Origin: an uncultured Enterobacteriaceae bacterium
GTDB lineage: Bacteria; Pseudomonadota; Gammaproteobacteria; Burkholderiales; SG8-39
Length of the DNA stretch: 64,000 bases
Direction: 5' to 3'
Assembly: GCA_964565875.1 (NCBI GenBank)
Contig: CAZMGP010000021.1
Span: 9,094 to 73,093, forward strand
Part shown: positions 8,180 to 21,240 of the stretch, one piece after another
Numbering within the stretch: position 1 is the first letter of the stretch
Layout of the letters: each line of letters begins with the position of its first letter
Notes under the pieces: model-generated
Seen by the model: only the letters and a program-made list of their open reading frames with translations
Database searches by the model: none
Told to the model about the DNA's origin: nothing
Made by a program: the position numbers and the translations under genes

Positions 8180-10290
8180 CAGGGCTCGCCTTCTTCGGCC
8201 GCGCGCTGCGCCATCAGCTTGTCGGCCGCGCCACGCGGCGCAATCACGCCCAAACGCGCTTTGAGCGTACGCACCGAGCCTCCCAGCATCGCGGCGTAAT
8301 ACATGGTGTTGTTCATCACCTTCTTCACGTAGTCGCGCGTTTCGTTGAACGGAATCGTTTCCGCGTAGATCGCGCCTTCCAGCGGGCGCGTGTCGCGCCA
8401 TTTGCGCGCCCTGCCGGGTCCAGCATTATAGGCCGCCGCGGCCAACACCGGATTGCCGTCCAGCACGTCGAGCACGTGGCGCAGGTAATAAGTCCCGAGC
8501 TGGGCGTTGACGCTGGCATCGGTGACCCGCGCCCAGGAATAGTCCTGCATGCGCATGCGCAGCGCGACCCATTTTGCGGTTGCGGGCATCAACTGCATCA
8601 GCCCCGCGGCGCCGGCCGCGGATTTGACTTCCGGCGCGAAGCGGCTCTCCTGGCGCACCAGGCCCAGCACCCAGGCTTCCTCGAGCTGCTGAGCGCGCGC
8701 GCCCTCGGCGAGCGGCTCGCGGTAAGGCGCGAGATAGCGCACGCTGAAATCGTGCAGCACCAGCGTCTTGTCGGCAGTGTTGATGGCGCGGTCGTACATC
8801 TCGTTCTGCCGCGCGAATTCGGCCGCAGCGAGCAAGGCCTTGTCGTCCATGCCGCGGATGGCCCAGACCCATTCGCGCGTCGCATCGTAGCGTTGGCCGA
8901 GACGGTAGAGTGCGACCGCGCGCTGGAATCCCGGCTGGCGGGCGATCGCCTCGACTTCTTCCCGCGTCGGCGTGTAGCCCTTGGGCGGCACGCTGAAGCT
9001 CGTTCCCAGCTCCTCGGCGGCGAGCTCGGCGTAGAAATGGTGCTCCTCGGCGATGCGTGCGAATAACGCCCGCGCCTCGACCGCGTCTCCCAGCGCCTGC
9101 AGCGCACGCCCGCGCCAGTAGACCCAGGTCGGCTCGCTTCTCTGTTGCGGCGACATCTTCTCCGTCGTCGCCTTCACTTCCGCCCAATCGCCCTGGCGCA
9201 GCGCCGCGCGCACGCGCCAAGCGAGTTGCTCGTCGCATAGCGGCGCCGCGTCCGCCTGGCGATACCAGTCGAGCGCCTCGGGGAGATTGCGCTTGGCCGC
9301 CTGCAGCGCAAGCCGCCCCCATAAGTAGGCCTGATCCTCGGCGGAAAACTTGGCGCGCAGCTTTGGCTCCCAGTGCGCCGCCGCCTCGAGCGGATCGCTC
9401 TGCGCCAGGCGCTGGAGCGCGAACAGGGTGAGTTCGCGCGCGGGGCGGCGGCGCAAGTCCTTCGTCTTGTCGGCGAGATAGCGCTGCGGTCCGGCGGCGA
9501 CCGAGTAGAGCTTCGCGCGCTCGGGCGCCTCTCCCGTCGGCAGGTATTCGGCCGTGCGCGAGGCGGCGCTGACCACACCCGCGTCGAGCAGGAGGCGGAT
9601 GCGCTGCCACAGCTCGCGGCTGCCGATCTTTCCGTTCGCGATCTGCGCTTCGGCGAGCGGCACGCAGCCCTCGGGCAGCTCGCGCGGCGCGATCCAGTAG
9701 GGGTGGAGCTCGTCCAGCGCGGAGGCGTCCTTCTGTTCCCAGCGCGCCTGCAGCGCATAGCAGACGACGTCGGCGTCGTCGTTGACGAGCAGCGGATGTT
9801 CGGCGCGGAACAAATCCCACTGCTGCCGCTTGCCGAGCGTCTTGAGCCAGTCCTTGCGCAGCAACTCGGCGACCAGCGTGCCCTGCTGCCGCGCGAGAAA
9901 GCCGCTCACCGCGTCTACGGCGACGTCTTCCAGCCGCCGGCGCAGCAGCCAGGACTCGACATAGGGTTCGAGCAGATAACCCTGGAGCTTGGCGTCGTAA
10001 TCGGCCAATTTGGCGTATTCGCCGGCGCGCGCCGCGGCGCGCGCGGCGAGGAATAGTTCCTCTTCGGTCTGCGGGCGCGGCGCAGCCTGCACGGCTAGCG
10101 CGGCGGCAGTGAGCGCCAACCCGCAGAGCAAGGGTGCTATAGTGAGCACGCGCGCGAATCGGCTCGTGAAAGAAGAAGGCCGAAAGGGAGCGCAAGGACC
10201 CCGGCGCTTCCGCCGGCCGCCTTCTAGAACTCCCGAATCAGGGCCGTTGAAAAGCGCTTCCCTCTTGCAGGGCATTACAAAGAGATCCAT
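8179..10290 (-). CDS. slt: Soluble lytic murein transglycosylase (Slt70-like)
   Basis: A long superhelical N-terminal region is followed by a C-terminal SLT catalytic domain (GLVRQESRFAPEVKSAAGAAGLMQLMPATA ... AAYNAGPGRARKW). The true start may be internal, for example GTG 10149 just before the signal-like LTIAPLLCGLALTAAALAVQA. Confidence 0.85.
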   Translation of the reverse strand: MDLFVMPCKREALFNGPDSGVLEGGRRKRRGPCAPFRPSSFTSRFARVLTIAPLLCGLALTAAALAVQAAPRPQTEEELFLAARAAARAGEYAKLADYDAKLQGYLLEPYVESWLLRRRLEDVAVDAVSGFLARQQGTLVAELLRKDWLKTLGKRQQWDLFRAEHPLLVNDDADVVCYALQARWEQKDASALDELHPYWIAPRELPEGCVPLAEAQIANGKIGSRELWQRIRLLLDAGVVSAASRTAEYLPTGEAPERAKLYSVAAGPQRYLADKTKDLRRRPARELTLFALQRLAQSDPLEAAAHWEPKLRAKFSAEDQAYLWGRLALQAAKRNLPEALDWYRQADAAPLCDEQLAWRVRAALRQGDWAEVKATTEKMSPQQRSEPTWVYWRGRALQALGDAVEARALFARIAEEHHFYAELAAEELGTSFSVPPKGYTPTREEVEAIARQPGFQRAVALYRLGQRYDATREWVWAIRGMDDKALLAAAEFARQNEMYDRAINTADKTLVLHDFSVRYLAPYREPLAEGARAQQLEEAWVLGLVRQESRFAPEVKSAAGAAGLMQLMPATAKWVALRMRMQDYSWARVTDASVNAQLGTYYLRHVLDVLDGNPVLAAAAYNAGPGRARKWRDTRPLEGAIYAETIPFNETRDYVKKVMNNTMYYAAMLGGSVRTLKARLGVIAPRGAADKLMAQRAAEEGEP

Positions 10291-10370
10291 TTTTGCGTTT
10301 TGGGGAAGCGTTTCTCAATCACTCGCAACCCCATGATGGAACTAGTATAAACGCTCTAAATCGAACCGGG

Positions 10371-11081
10371 ATGACAGGGATCGAGCAAATGCAGCACACC
10401 GAACTCATGGCTTGGCGCAAGCGCCTGCGCGCGGAGCTCCTCGCGCGCCGGGATGCGGTCGGTGCCGGCGAGCTCCATACCTGGCGGCAGGCGATGGACC
10501 GGCATTTGCGCCACGGGTTCCCGGGGCTCGCCAAGGGGGTGGTCGCCATTTGCTGGCCGATCCGCAACGAGTACGATGCGCGCTTCCTCGCGCGCGAGCT
10601 GCGCGGGCGCGGCGCGATCACGGCCCTGCCCGTGGTGGTGGCGCCGAAGGCGCCGCTCGCCTTTCGTGCTTGGCATCCGGGGACGAAGATGGCGCTGGGC
10701 AAGCTCGACATTCCCTATCCGGTGGAAGGCGCAGAAGTCGTGCCGAACACGGTGCTGCTGCCCATGAACGGCTTCGACCGGGCGGGCTATCGCTTGGGCT
10801 ACGGCGGCGGCTTCTTCGACCGCACCCTCGAGGGCTTCGGCGAGAAGAAGCCGCTGGTGATCGGCGTGACTTTCGAACTCGCGGCGATCGAAACCATCCA
10901 GCCTCAGCCCTGGGACATTCCGGTCGATTACGTCGTCACCGAGCGCGGCGTGTACCAACGCGACGGCGGAAAGCTCGAATTCCTCGGCGTGCCGCGGGCG
11001 CCGCGCACCGAGCTGAGCTCGCCCGTGTGCTATGCGTCGGAGATCGCGCCGGGCTATTTCGGCGAAGATCCGGACGAGTAG
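10371..11081 (+). CDS. 5-formyltetrahydrofolate cyclo-ligase
   Basis: WRKRLRAELLARR ... LPMNGFDRAGYRLGYGGGFFDRTL is the family signature. The start was chosen at ATG 10371, in frame with track ORF 10293. Confidence 0.75.
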   Translation: MTGIEQMQHTELMAWRKRLRAELLARRDAVGAGELHTWRQAMDRHLRHGFPGLAKGVVAICWPIRNEYDARFLARELRGRGAITALPVVVAPKAPLAFRAWHPGTKMALGKLDIPYPVEGAEVVPNTVLLPMNGFDRAGYRLGYGGGFFDRTLEGFGEKKPLVIGVTFELAAIETIQPQPWDIPVDYVVTERGVYQRDGGKLEFLGVPRAPRTELSSPVCYASEIAPGYFGEDPDE

Positions 11082-11100
11082 GCGCCGCGATCGAGTCGTT

Positions 11101-12612
11101 TTAGCCGAGGAACAGGCGGTAAGCGGGATTCTTGCTCTCGTCCCAGAAGGGATAGCCGAGTTCGTGCAGGAAGCGGTGGAACTGCGCCATTTCCTTCGGC
11201 GGCACCTGCATGCCCACCAGCACCCGGCCGTAGTCGGCGCCGTGGTTGCGGTAGTGGAACAGGCTGATGTTCCAATCCGGCCGCATGCTGTTCAGGAACT
11301 TCATCAAGGCGCCGGGCCGCTCGGGAAATTCGAAGCGGTAGAGTAGTTCGTGCTTGGCGAGCGGCGCGTGCCCGCCGACCAAATGGCGCACGTGCAGTTT
11401 CGCCATTTCGTTGTCCGACAAATCGATGGTCTTCAGGCCCTGATGGCGCAGCTTGCGGATCAGGCGCTCGGTCTCTTCGCGGTTGTGCACCTCGACGCCG
11501 ACGAACACATGCGCCTCTTTCGCGTCGGCGATGCGGTAGTTGAATTCGGTGACGTTGCGCGCGCCCAGCGTCGCGCAGAATTTCTTATAGCTGCCGGGGC
11601 GCTCGGGAATGGTCACGGCGAGGATGGCTTCGCGGTGCTCGCCCACCTCGGCGCGCTCGGCGACGAAACGCAGGCGGTCGAAATTGGTGTTCGCGCCGCA
11701 GGCAACCGCGACGAAGGTGTGGCCGCGCACGCCCTTCTGTTCGACATAGGCTTTGACGCCGGCGATGGCGAGCGCGCCCGCCGGCTCGAGGATGGAGCGC
11801 GTTTCCTCGAACACGTCCTTGATCGCGGCGCAGGTCTCGTCGGTGTCGACCAGGATGATGTCGTCGACCAGTTTCTTGCACAGGCGGAAGGTTTCGCGTC
11901 CCACCTGCTTCACCGCTACGCCGTCGGCGAACAGGCCCACCTGCGCCAGGCGCACGCGCCGGCCGGCCTTGAGCGAGCGCGCCATGGCGTCCGAATCCAC
12001 CGGCTGCACGCCGATGATCTTGATCTCCGGGCGCAGGCGCTTGACGTAGGCGGCGATGCCCGAGATCAGTCCGCCGCCGCCGATGGCGACGAAAATGGCG
12101 TCGATCGGCCGCGTCGTCTGGCGCAGGATTTCCATGCCTATGGTGCCTTGCCCCGCGATGACGTCTGGGTCGTCGTAGGGATGGACGAAGGTGAGCTTGC
12201 GCGCGCGCTCCAGCTTCAGCGCGTGGCGATAGGCCTCGTCGTAGGAATCGCCCTGCAGCACGACTTCGGCGCCGCGCGCCATGACCGCATCGACTTTGAT
12301 GCGCGGCGTGGTGACCGGCATCACGATCACCGCCTTGGTGCCCAGGCGCTGCGCCGCGAGCGCCACGCCCTGCGCATGGTTTCCCGCGGAGGCGGCGATG
12401 ACGCCGCGCTTGAGCTTCACTACGGGGAGCTGCGCCATCTTGTTGTACGCGCCGCGCAGCTTGAACGAGAATACCGGCTGCACGTCCTCGCGCTTCAGCA
12501 GCAGCCGGTTGCCGAGCCGCGCCGACAGGATGGGCGCGTACTCCAGGGGCGACTCGACGGCGACGTCGTAGACGCGAGCTTTGAGGATCTTTTCCAGATA
12601 ATCCGGTTGCAT
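11101..12612 (-). CDS. ilvA: Threonine ammonia-lyase, biosynthetic
   Basis: Taken from ATG 12612 (MQPDYLEKILKARVYDVAVESPL...KREDVQPVFSFKLRGAYNKM, PLP lysine motif). Has two C-terminal ACT-like regulatory repeats. 503 aa. Confidence 0.9.
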   Translation of the reverse strand: MQPDYLEKILKARVYDVAVESPLEYAPILSARLGNRLLLKREDVQPVFSFKLRGAYNKMAQLPVVKLKRGVIAASAGNHAQGVALAAQRLGTKAVIVMPVTTPRIKVDAVMARGAEVVLQGDSYDEAYRHALKLERARKLTFVHPYDDPDVIAGQGTIGMEILRQTTRPIDAIFVAIGGGGLISGIAAYVKRLRPEIKIIGVQPVDSDAMARSLKAGRRVRLAQVGLFADGVAVKQVGRETFRLCKKLVDDIILVDTDETCAAIKDVFEETRSILEPAGALAIAGVKAYVEQKGVRGHTFVAVACGANTNFDRLRFVAERAEVGEHREAILAVTIPERPGSYKKFCATLGARNVTEFNYRIADAKEAHVFVGVEVHNREETERLIRKLRHQGLKTIDLSDNEMAKLHVRHLVGGHAPLAKHELLYRFEFPERPGALMKFLNSMRPDWNISLFHYRNHGADYGRVLVGMQVPPKEMAQFHRFLHELGYPFWDESKNPAYRLFLG

Positions 12613-12732
12613 AGGCGTTCGAATGGCTGAGAGCGGGTCGGTGAAGGGAGCGGGCGCGACGTGCGAATCCAGGAGCGTAGCAGGATGTGCTTTGCCGCGG
12701 CAAGGCGCAACCGTGCTTGAAGGGGAGGCGCT

Positions 12733-13134
12733 TTGATCGGCGCCGAAGCGAGCCTCGCGTCGCTGCTCGCAGCGAGTTTCCTCGCCTCGACGCTGATTCC
12801 GGTGAGCTCGGAAGCGGCGCTGTTCGCGGTGCTGAAGCTGCACGGCGAGCTCATCTGGCCGGCGATCGGCGTGGCCACGCTCGGCAACACCTTGGGAGGC
12901 CTCACCACTTACTGGATTGGGCGCTATATCGGCACGAAAAAGCCGCTTACCCAGCTCGAGCGCGTGCGCAAGTACGGCAGCCCGGTGCTCGCCTTGGCCT
13001 GGCTGCCATTCGTCGGCGATGGTCTGTGCCTCGCCGCGGGCTGGGCCAAGCTCGATTGGCGCGCGGTGGCGCTATGGTCGGCCCTGGGGCGCTTCGCACG
13101 CTACTGGGTGGTCGCGCAGGGAGCACTTTGGTAA
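12733..13134 (+). CDS. YqaA/DedA-related small membrane protein
   Basis: TTG start 5 nt after AGGGGAGG. 133 aa, hydrophobic, with a YqaA-like pattern (STLIPVSSEAALFAVL ... LAWLPFVGDGLCLAAGW). Confidence 0.65.
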   Translation: MIGAEASLASLLAASFLASTLIPVSSEAALFAVLKLHGELIWPAIGVATLGNTLGGLTTYWIGRYIGTKKPLTQLERVRKYGSPVLALAWLPFVGDGLCLAAGWAKLDWRAVALWSALGRFARYWVVAQGALW

Positions 13135-13220
13135 GCTATCCCCACCTTCCAAGCCGCGCAACGATCCGCCATTCAATAATAGGAACGCGTGAGGCTCGTC
13201 TCTTCACGCACACGACGTCC

Positions 13221-13490
13221 ATGACCAAGAAAGCCGCCAGAAAGTCGAACAAGCCGAAGCCATTCTGGGAACGCGGCTACCTGTCGCACGGCTACTGGCG
13301 CGGCAACGAGCGCCTGGGCACGGTGCAACTCGGCGAGCGCGGCGACTGGGACGGCATCTACCGCTGGCAGGCGGGCCATCACGCGGGGGAGGCGAAGACG
13401 CTCGCCGAAGCCAAGCGCGCCGTCGAGGCGACGGTCGAATTCGGCGCGAGCCAACTCGGCCTGTTCGACGCCGCGCCACCCTCGAGCTGA
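13221..13490 (+). CDS. Hypothetical small basic protein (89 aa)
   Basis: ATG 13221 lies within track ORF 12687..13490. The upstream part of that ORF overlaps yqaA out of frame. I recognise no family. Confidence 0.4.
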   Translation: MTKKAARKSNKPKPFWERGYLSHGYWRGNERLGTVQLGERGDWDGIYRWQAGHHAGEAKTLAEAKRAVEATVEFGASQLGLFDAAPPSS

Positions 13491-13525
13491 AGTTCGACGC
13501 GGCGCTCGAGCGAGCGCCTTGCGTC

Positions 13526-15664
13526 TCAGGCGGCGGTGAGCTTGGCGTACTCCAGCGCCAGCCACTTCATGCCCTGGCGGCCGAAATTGACCTGCACGCG
13601 CGCATCCGGCCCCTGGCCTTCGGCATTGACGATCACTCCCTGGCCGAACTTGGCGTGGACCACGTTCTGGCCGATGCGCCAGCCCATGTCGCTGGCGCGC
13701 GGCTGCGCTCTCGGTATGGCGCTGTCGCGCGCCGACGCCAGCACCGGCGCCGGCTGACCCGCGAGGCGCGGCGTCAGCCATTTCACCAGGCCCGCTGGGA
13801 TTTCGTCGAGGAATCTCGAAGCGACGTTGTAGCGCGTCTGGCCGTGCAGCATGCGATTCTGCGCGAACGACAAGTACAGGCGTTGTCTGGCGCGCGTAAT
13901 GGCGACGTACATCAGACGGCGTTCCTCTTCCAGGCCGTCTTCCTCGTTGCGGCTCTGCTCGTGCGGAAACAGGCCCTCTTCCAGCCCGGTGACGAACACC
14001 GCCTGGAATTCCAGGCCCTTGGCGGAATGCACGGTCATCAACTGCAGCGCGTCCGCCCCTTCGCCCGCCTGATGCTCGCCCGCCTCGAGCGCGGCATGGG
14101 CGAGGAAGGCCTGCAGGTCTTGGCTCTCTTCCTCTTCCTGCACGAAGGTCGCGGCGGCGTTCACCAGTTCCTCAAGGTTCTCCACTCGGTCGGCGCCGTC
14201 CTTCTCCGCTCTGAAATGCGCGAGCAGCCCCGAGCGCGCGAGCATGTGCTCGACGATCTCGGGCAGGGGCAGCCCTTGCGCTTCCTTGCGCAAGGCTTCG
14301 ATCGTGCCGACGAAGGCCGCGAGCGCGTTGCCCGCCTTGCCGGCGAGCTTGGGCACGGCGTTGTAGAGGCTGGTGCCGCCGGCCTTGGCCGCATCCTGCA
14401 GCGCTTCCAGCGTGCGCGCGCCGATGCCGCGCGCCGGGAAATTCACCACCCGCAGGAAAGCGCTGTCGTCCTCCGAGCTCGCGACCAGGCGCAGGTACGC
14501 CAGCGCGTGCTTGATTTCCATGCGCTCGAAAAAGCGCAGGCCGCCGTAGACGCGATAGGGGATGCCGGCGGAGAAAAGCGCGTGTTCGAGCAGGCGCGAT
14601 TGCGCGTTCGAGCGGTAGAGCACGCCGATTTCGCGCCGCGCCATGCCTTCGCGTGCCAGCGTCTGCACTTCCTCGGCGAGCCAGTTCGCCTCGTAGCCGT
14701 CGGTCTGTGCCTCGTAGACGCGCAGCGGCTCGCCCGATCCGGCCGAAGTCCACAGGTTCTTGCCCAGGCGCTTGCGGTTGTTCGAGATCAGCGCGTTCGC
14801 CGCATCGAGGATGTTGCCGTGCGAGCGGTAGTTCTGCTCCAGGCGGATCACGTTCTCGACGTGGAAATCGCGCTCGAAGTCCGCCATGTTGCCCACGTTC
14901 GCCCCACGGAAGGCGTAGATCGACTGGTCGTCGTCGCCGACCGCGAACATCACGCTGCCGCCGCCCGCGAGCAGCTTCAACCAGCGGTACTGCAGGCGAT
15001 TGGTGTCCTGGAATTCGTCCACCAGGATGTGGCGGAAGCGCGCGCGGTAATGCTCGCGCAGCATTTCGTTGCGCGACAGAAGCTCGTAGCTGCGCAGCAG
15101 TAGCTCGGCGAAATCGACCACACCCTCGCGCTGGCACTGCTCGTCGTAGACGCCGTAGATTTCCGCATAGCGGCGGCTGAACTCGTCGTGGGTCTCGACC
15201 GCATTGGCGCGCCGGCCCTCTTCTTTGTTGGCGTTGATGAAATACTGCACTTCCTTAGGCGGAAAGCGGTCTTCGTCGGCGTTCATCGACTTCAGCACCC
15301 GCTTTACCAGCGACAGCTGGTCGGCCGAATCGAGAATCTGAAACAGTTGCGGCAGCGCGGCGTCGCGGTAATGCGCGCGCAGCAGCCGGTTGCAGAGGCC
15401 GTGGAAGGTCCCGACCCACATGCCGCGGGTGGAAATCGGCAGCATGGCGGAAATGCGCGTCAGCATTTCCTTCGCCGCCTTGTTGGTGAAGGTGACGGCG
15501 AGTAGACCCGAAGGGCTGACATTCCCCGTCTGAATCAGCCAGGCGATGCGCGTAGTCAAGACGCGCGTCTTGCCCGAGCCGGCGCCGGCGAGGATCAGCG
15601 CCGACTGGTTGGGCAGCGTCACCGCGGCGAGCTGCTGCGGATTGAGGTTTTCGAGGAGGGTCAT
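13526..15664 (-). CDS. uvrD: DNA helicase II (UvrD)
   Basis: Taken from ATG 15664: MTLLENLNPQQLAAVTLPNQSALILAGAGSGKTRVLTTRIAWL (Walker A). Also VDEFQDTN, and the full set of SF1 motifs is present. 712 aa. Confidence 0.9.
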   Translation of the reverse strand: MTLLENLNPQQLAAVTLPNQSALILAGAGSGKTRVLTTRIAWLIQTGNVSPSGLLAVTFTNKAAKEMLTRISAMLPISTRGMWVGTFHGLCNRLLRAHYRDAALPQLFQILDSADQLSLVKRVLKSMNADEDRFPPKEVQYFINANKEEGRRANAVETHDEFSRRYAEIYGVYDEQCQREGVVDFAELLLRSYELLSRNEMLREHYRARFRHILVDEFQDTNRLQYRWLKLLAGGGSVMFAVGDDDQSIYAFRGANVGNMADFERDFHVENVIRLEQNYRSHGNILDAANALISNNRKRLGKNLWTSAGSGEPLRVYEAQTDGYEANWLAEEVQTLAREGMARREIGVLYRSNAQSRLLEHALFSAGIPYRVYGGLRFFERMEIKHALAYLRLVASSEDDSAFLRVVNFPARGIGARTLEALQDAAKAGGTSLYNAVPKLAGKAGNALAAFVGTIEALRKEAQGLPLPEIVEHMLARSGLLAHFRAEKDGADRVENLEELVNAAATFVQEEEESQDLQAFLAHAALEAGEHQAGEGADALQLMTVHSAKGLEFQAVFVTGLEEGLFPHEQSRNEEDGLEEERRLMYVAITRARQRLYLSFAQNRMLHGQTRYNVASRFLDEIPAGLVKWLTPRLAGQPAPVLASARDSAIPRAQPRASDMGWRIGQNVVHAKFGQGVIVNAEGQGPDARVQVNFGRQGMKWLALEYAKLTAA

Positions 15665-15749
15665 GTCGCGACAGGCGAATTGCAGAAGCGCGATTCTACC
15701 GCAGCCGCCTGCCCGCTCTGCCGCCGAATTGCAGCTTTTCCCGTTCGGG

Positions 15750-19357
<3,608 letters not shown>

Positions 19358-19374
19358 AGCTGCGGAGGCTAGTC

Positions 19375-19884
19375 ATGCGCGTATTGGCGATCTTTGCGTT
19401 GGCGGCGGCGACTGCCGCCTGCGGCTTTCACTTGCGCGGCCAGGCGAGCCTGCCGTTCGAAACGCTGTATGTCGCGATCCCCGAAGTGTCGCCGGTGGGC
19501 ATCGAACTGAAGCGCAACCTCATCGCCGGCACGCGCACCAAGCTGGTGAACGACCCGTCGCAGGCGCAGGCCGTGCTCCAGTTGATCTCGGAAGAGCGCG
19601 GCAAGGCCATTCTCTCGCTCGACACCTCCGGCCGCGTGCGCGAGTTCCAGCTGCGCTACCGCCTGGTGTTCCGCGTGCACGACGCCAAGGGCCGCGACTA
19701 CATCCCGCAAAGCGACATCCGCCTCACACGCTATATTTCGTTCAACGACACCCAGGTGCTGTCGAAGGAAGTCGAAGAACAGCTGCTGTTCCGCGACATG
19801 CAGTCGGACATGGTGCAGCAGATCCTGCACCGCCTCGCCGCCGCGCCGGCCGAGCCCGTGGCCGTCGATGCAACTGCGCGTTGA
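19375..19884 (+). CDS. lptE: LPS-assembly lipoprotein LptE
   Basis: Lipobox LAAATAACGFHLRG. Conserved position directly after leuS and before holA. 169 aa. Confidence 0.85.
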   Translation: MRVLAIFALAAATAACGFHLRGQASLPFETLYVAIPEVSPVGIELKRNLIAGTRTKLVNDPSQAQAVLQLISEERGKAILSLDTSGRVREFQLRYRLVFRVHDAKGRDYIPQSDIRLTRYISFNDTQVLSKEVEEQLLFRDMQSDMVQQILHRLAAAPAEPVAVDATAR

Positions 19885-20872
19885 AGAACTCGAGCGCCAC
19901 CTCGCGCGCAGCCTCGCCGGCCTGTACCTTATCCACGGCGACGAGCCGCTGCAGGCGCTCGAGGCGGCGGACGCGATCCGCGCCGCGGCGCGCCGGCGCG
20001 GCTATGCCGAGCGCGAAGTGCTCGCAGTCGAGCGCGGTTTCGACTGGAAACAGCTCTACGTCAGCGGCGCGAGCCTGTCGCTATTCTCCGCGAAGAAGCT
20101 GATTGAGCTGCGCATCCCCGGCGGCAAGCCCGGGACCGACGGCGCGGCGGCGATCGTCGACTACTGCGCCGCGCTCGCGCCCGATGTGCTCACCCTGGTG
20201 AGCCTGCCGCGGCTGGACAAGCGCTCGCAGGAGACGGCGTGGTTTCGCGCGCTCGCGGCAAAGGGCGTGCTGGTGAACGTCTATCCGATCGAACGCGGAC
20301 AGTTGCCGCAATGGATCGCGGCGCGGCTGGCGCGGCAAAAGCAGAAGGCGGCTCGAGAAACCCTGCAGTTCCTCGCCGACAGCGTCGAGGGCAATCTCCT
20401 CGCCGCCCATCAGGAAATCCAGAAGCTGGGCCTCTTGTTTCCGCCTGGGGAACTCGGCTTCGAAGCGGTGCGCGGCGCGGTGCTGAACGTCGCGCGCTAC
20501 GACGCCTTCAAGCTGAACGAGGCGATGCTCGCGGGCGACAAGGCGCGACTGGCGCGCATGCTCGACGGGCTTAAGAGCGAGGGCGAAGCCCCGCCCAAGG
20601 TCCTGTGGGTGCTGTCGGAGGAGATCCGCGCCGTGGCCAAGCTGCAAGCGGGACTCGCCGCCGGCGAAGATCTGCAGCAGACGCTGCGCGCCAATCGCAT
20701 TTGGGGCGAGGCACGCCAGCGTCTGGTGGGCGACGCCTCTCGCCGGCTGAAGGCAGCGGCGCTGGGGGAGGCGCTGCGCCACGCGGCGCGCATCGACCGC
20801 ATGGTGAAGGGTCTGGCGCGCGGCGACGTGTGGGACGAGTTGCTGCAGCTTTGCCTGCGCTTTGCACGCTGA
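19868..20872 (+). CDS. holA: DNA polymerase III subunit delta
   Basis: LYLIHGDEPLQALEAADAIR... is a typical HolA N-terminus. Position in leuS-lptE-holA synteny. 334 aa. Confidence 0.85.
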   Translation: MQLRVEELERHLARSLAGLYLIHGDEPLQALEAADAIRAAARRRGYAEREVLAVERGFDWKQLYVSGASLSLFSAKKLIELRIPGGKPGTDGAAAIVDYCAALAPDVLTLVSLPRLDKRSQETAWFRALAAKGVLVNVYPIERGQLPQWIAARLARQKQKAARETLQFLADSVEGNLLAAHQEIQKLGLLFPPGELGFEAVRGAVLNVARYDAFKLNEAMLAGDKARLARMLDGLKSEGEAPPKVLWVLSEEIRAVAKLQAGLAAGEDLQQTLRANRIWGEARQRLVGDASRRLKAAALGEALRHAARIDRMVKGLARGDVWDELLQLCLRFAR

Positions 20873-20955
20873 CCAGCTTTTTGGGCTCGTAGATTGACCG
20901 CTGCCGACAATTGCTTTAGCTTGATCGCGTCTTGCACAGTCCGCGGGAGAATGCC

Positions 20956-21240
20956 ATGAACAAGCACTGGATCGCCTTAGCCGCCACTTGCACCCTTCTA
21001 TCGTTCGCCTGCAATGCCTTCGCCGGTCTCCCCTGTCCGCACGACGACAAGAAGGTGCCGGAGAAGACCAAGGTGTGCCGCTACGGCACCATCCACCAGT
21101 GCGTCGACGGGCAATGGGTAAGCACGGGCGCAAAATGCACGCAGAAGCTGCAGGAAGATGCGGCGGCGGCGAAGTTGCAGCGCGTGCTGGGAACTGCGCG
21201 AAACGAGCGGCTGAGCGCGCGCCTCGTAGAGCGCAGCTAA
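20956..21240 (+). CDS. Small secreted Cys-containing protein (94 aa), unknown function
   Basis: GGGAGA RBS 5 nt before ATG 20956. Signal peptide MNKHWIALAATCTLLSFACNAFA. The mature part has 4 Cys residues. Confidence 0.5.
   Translation: MNKHWIALAATCTLLSFACNAFAGLPCPHDDKKVPEKTKVCRYGTIHQCVDGQWVSTGAKCTQKLQEDAAAAKLQRVLGTARNERLSARLVERS

Noticed and set aside
8426-10195. A 589-aa minus-strand ORF inside slt, in an alternate frame.
   Set aside because: The sequence is extremely Arg/Ala/Gly-rich with no domains. The overlapping frame carries clear SLT-domain motifs.
12687-13490. A 267-aa plus-strand ORF spanning yqaA and the following spacer.
   Set aside because: Its first two-thirds is out of frame over yqaA and Arg-rich. 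Only the last 89 codons, from ATG 13221, look like a possible gene.
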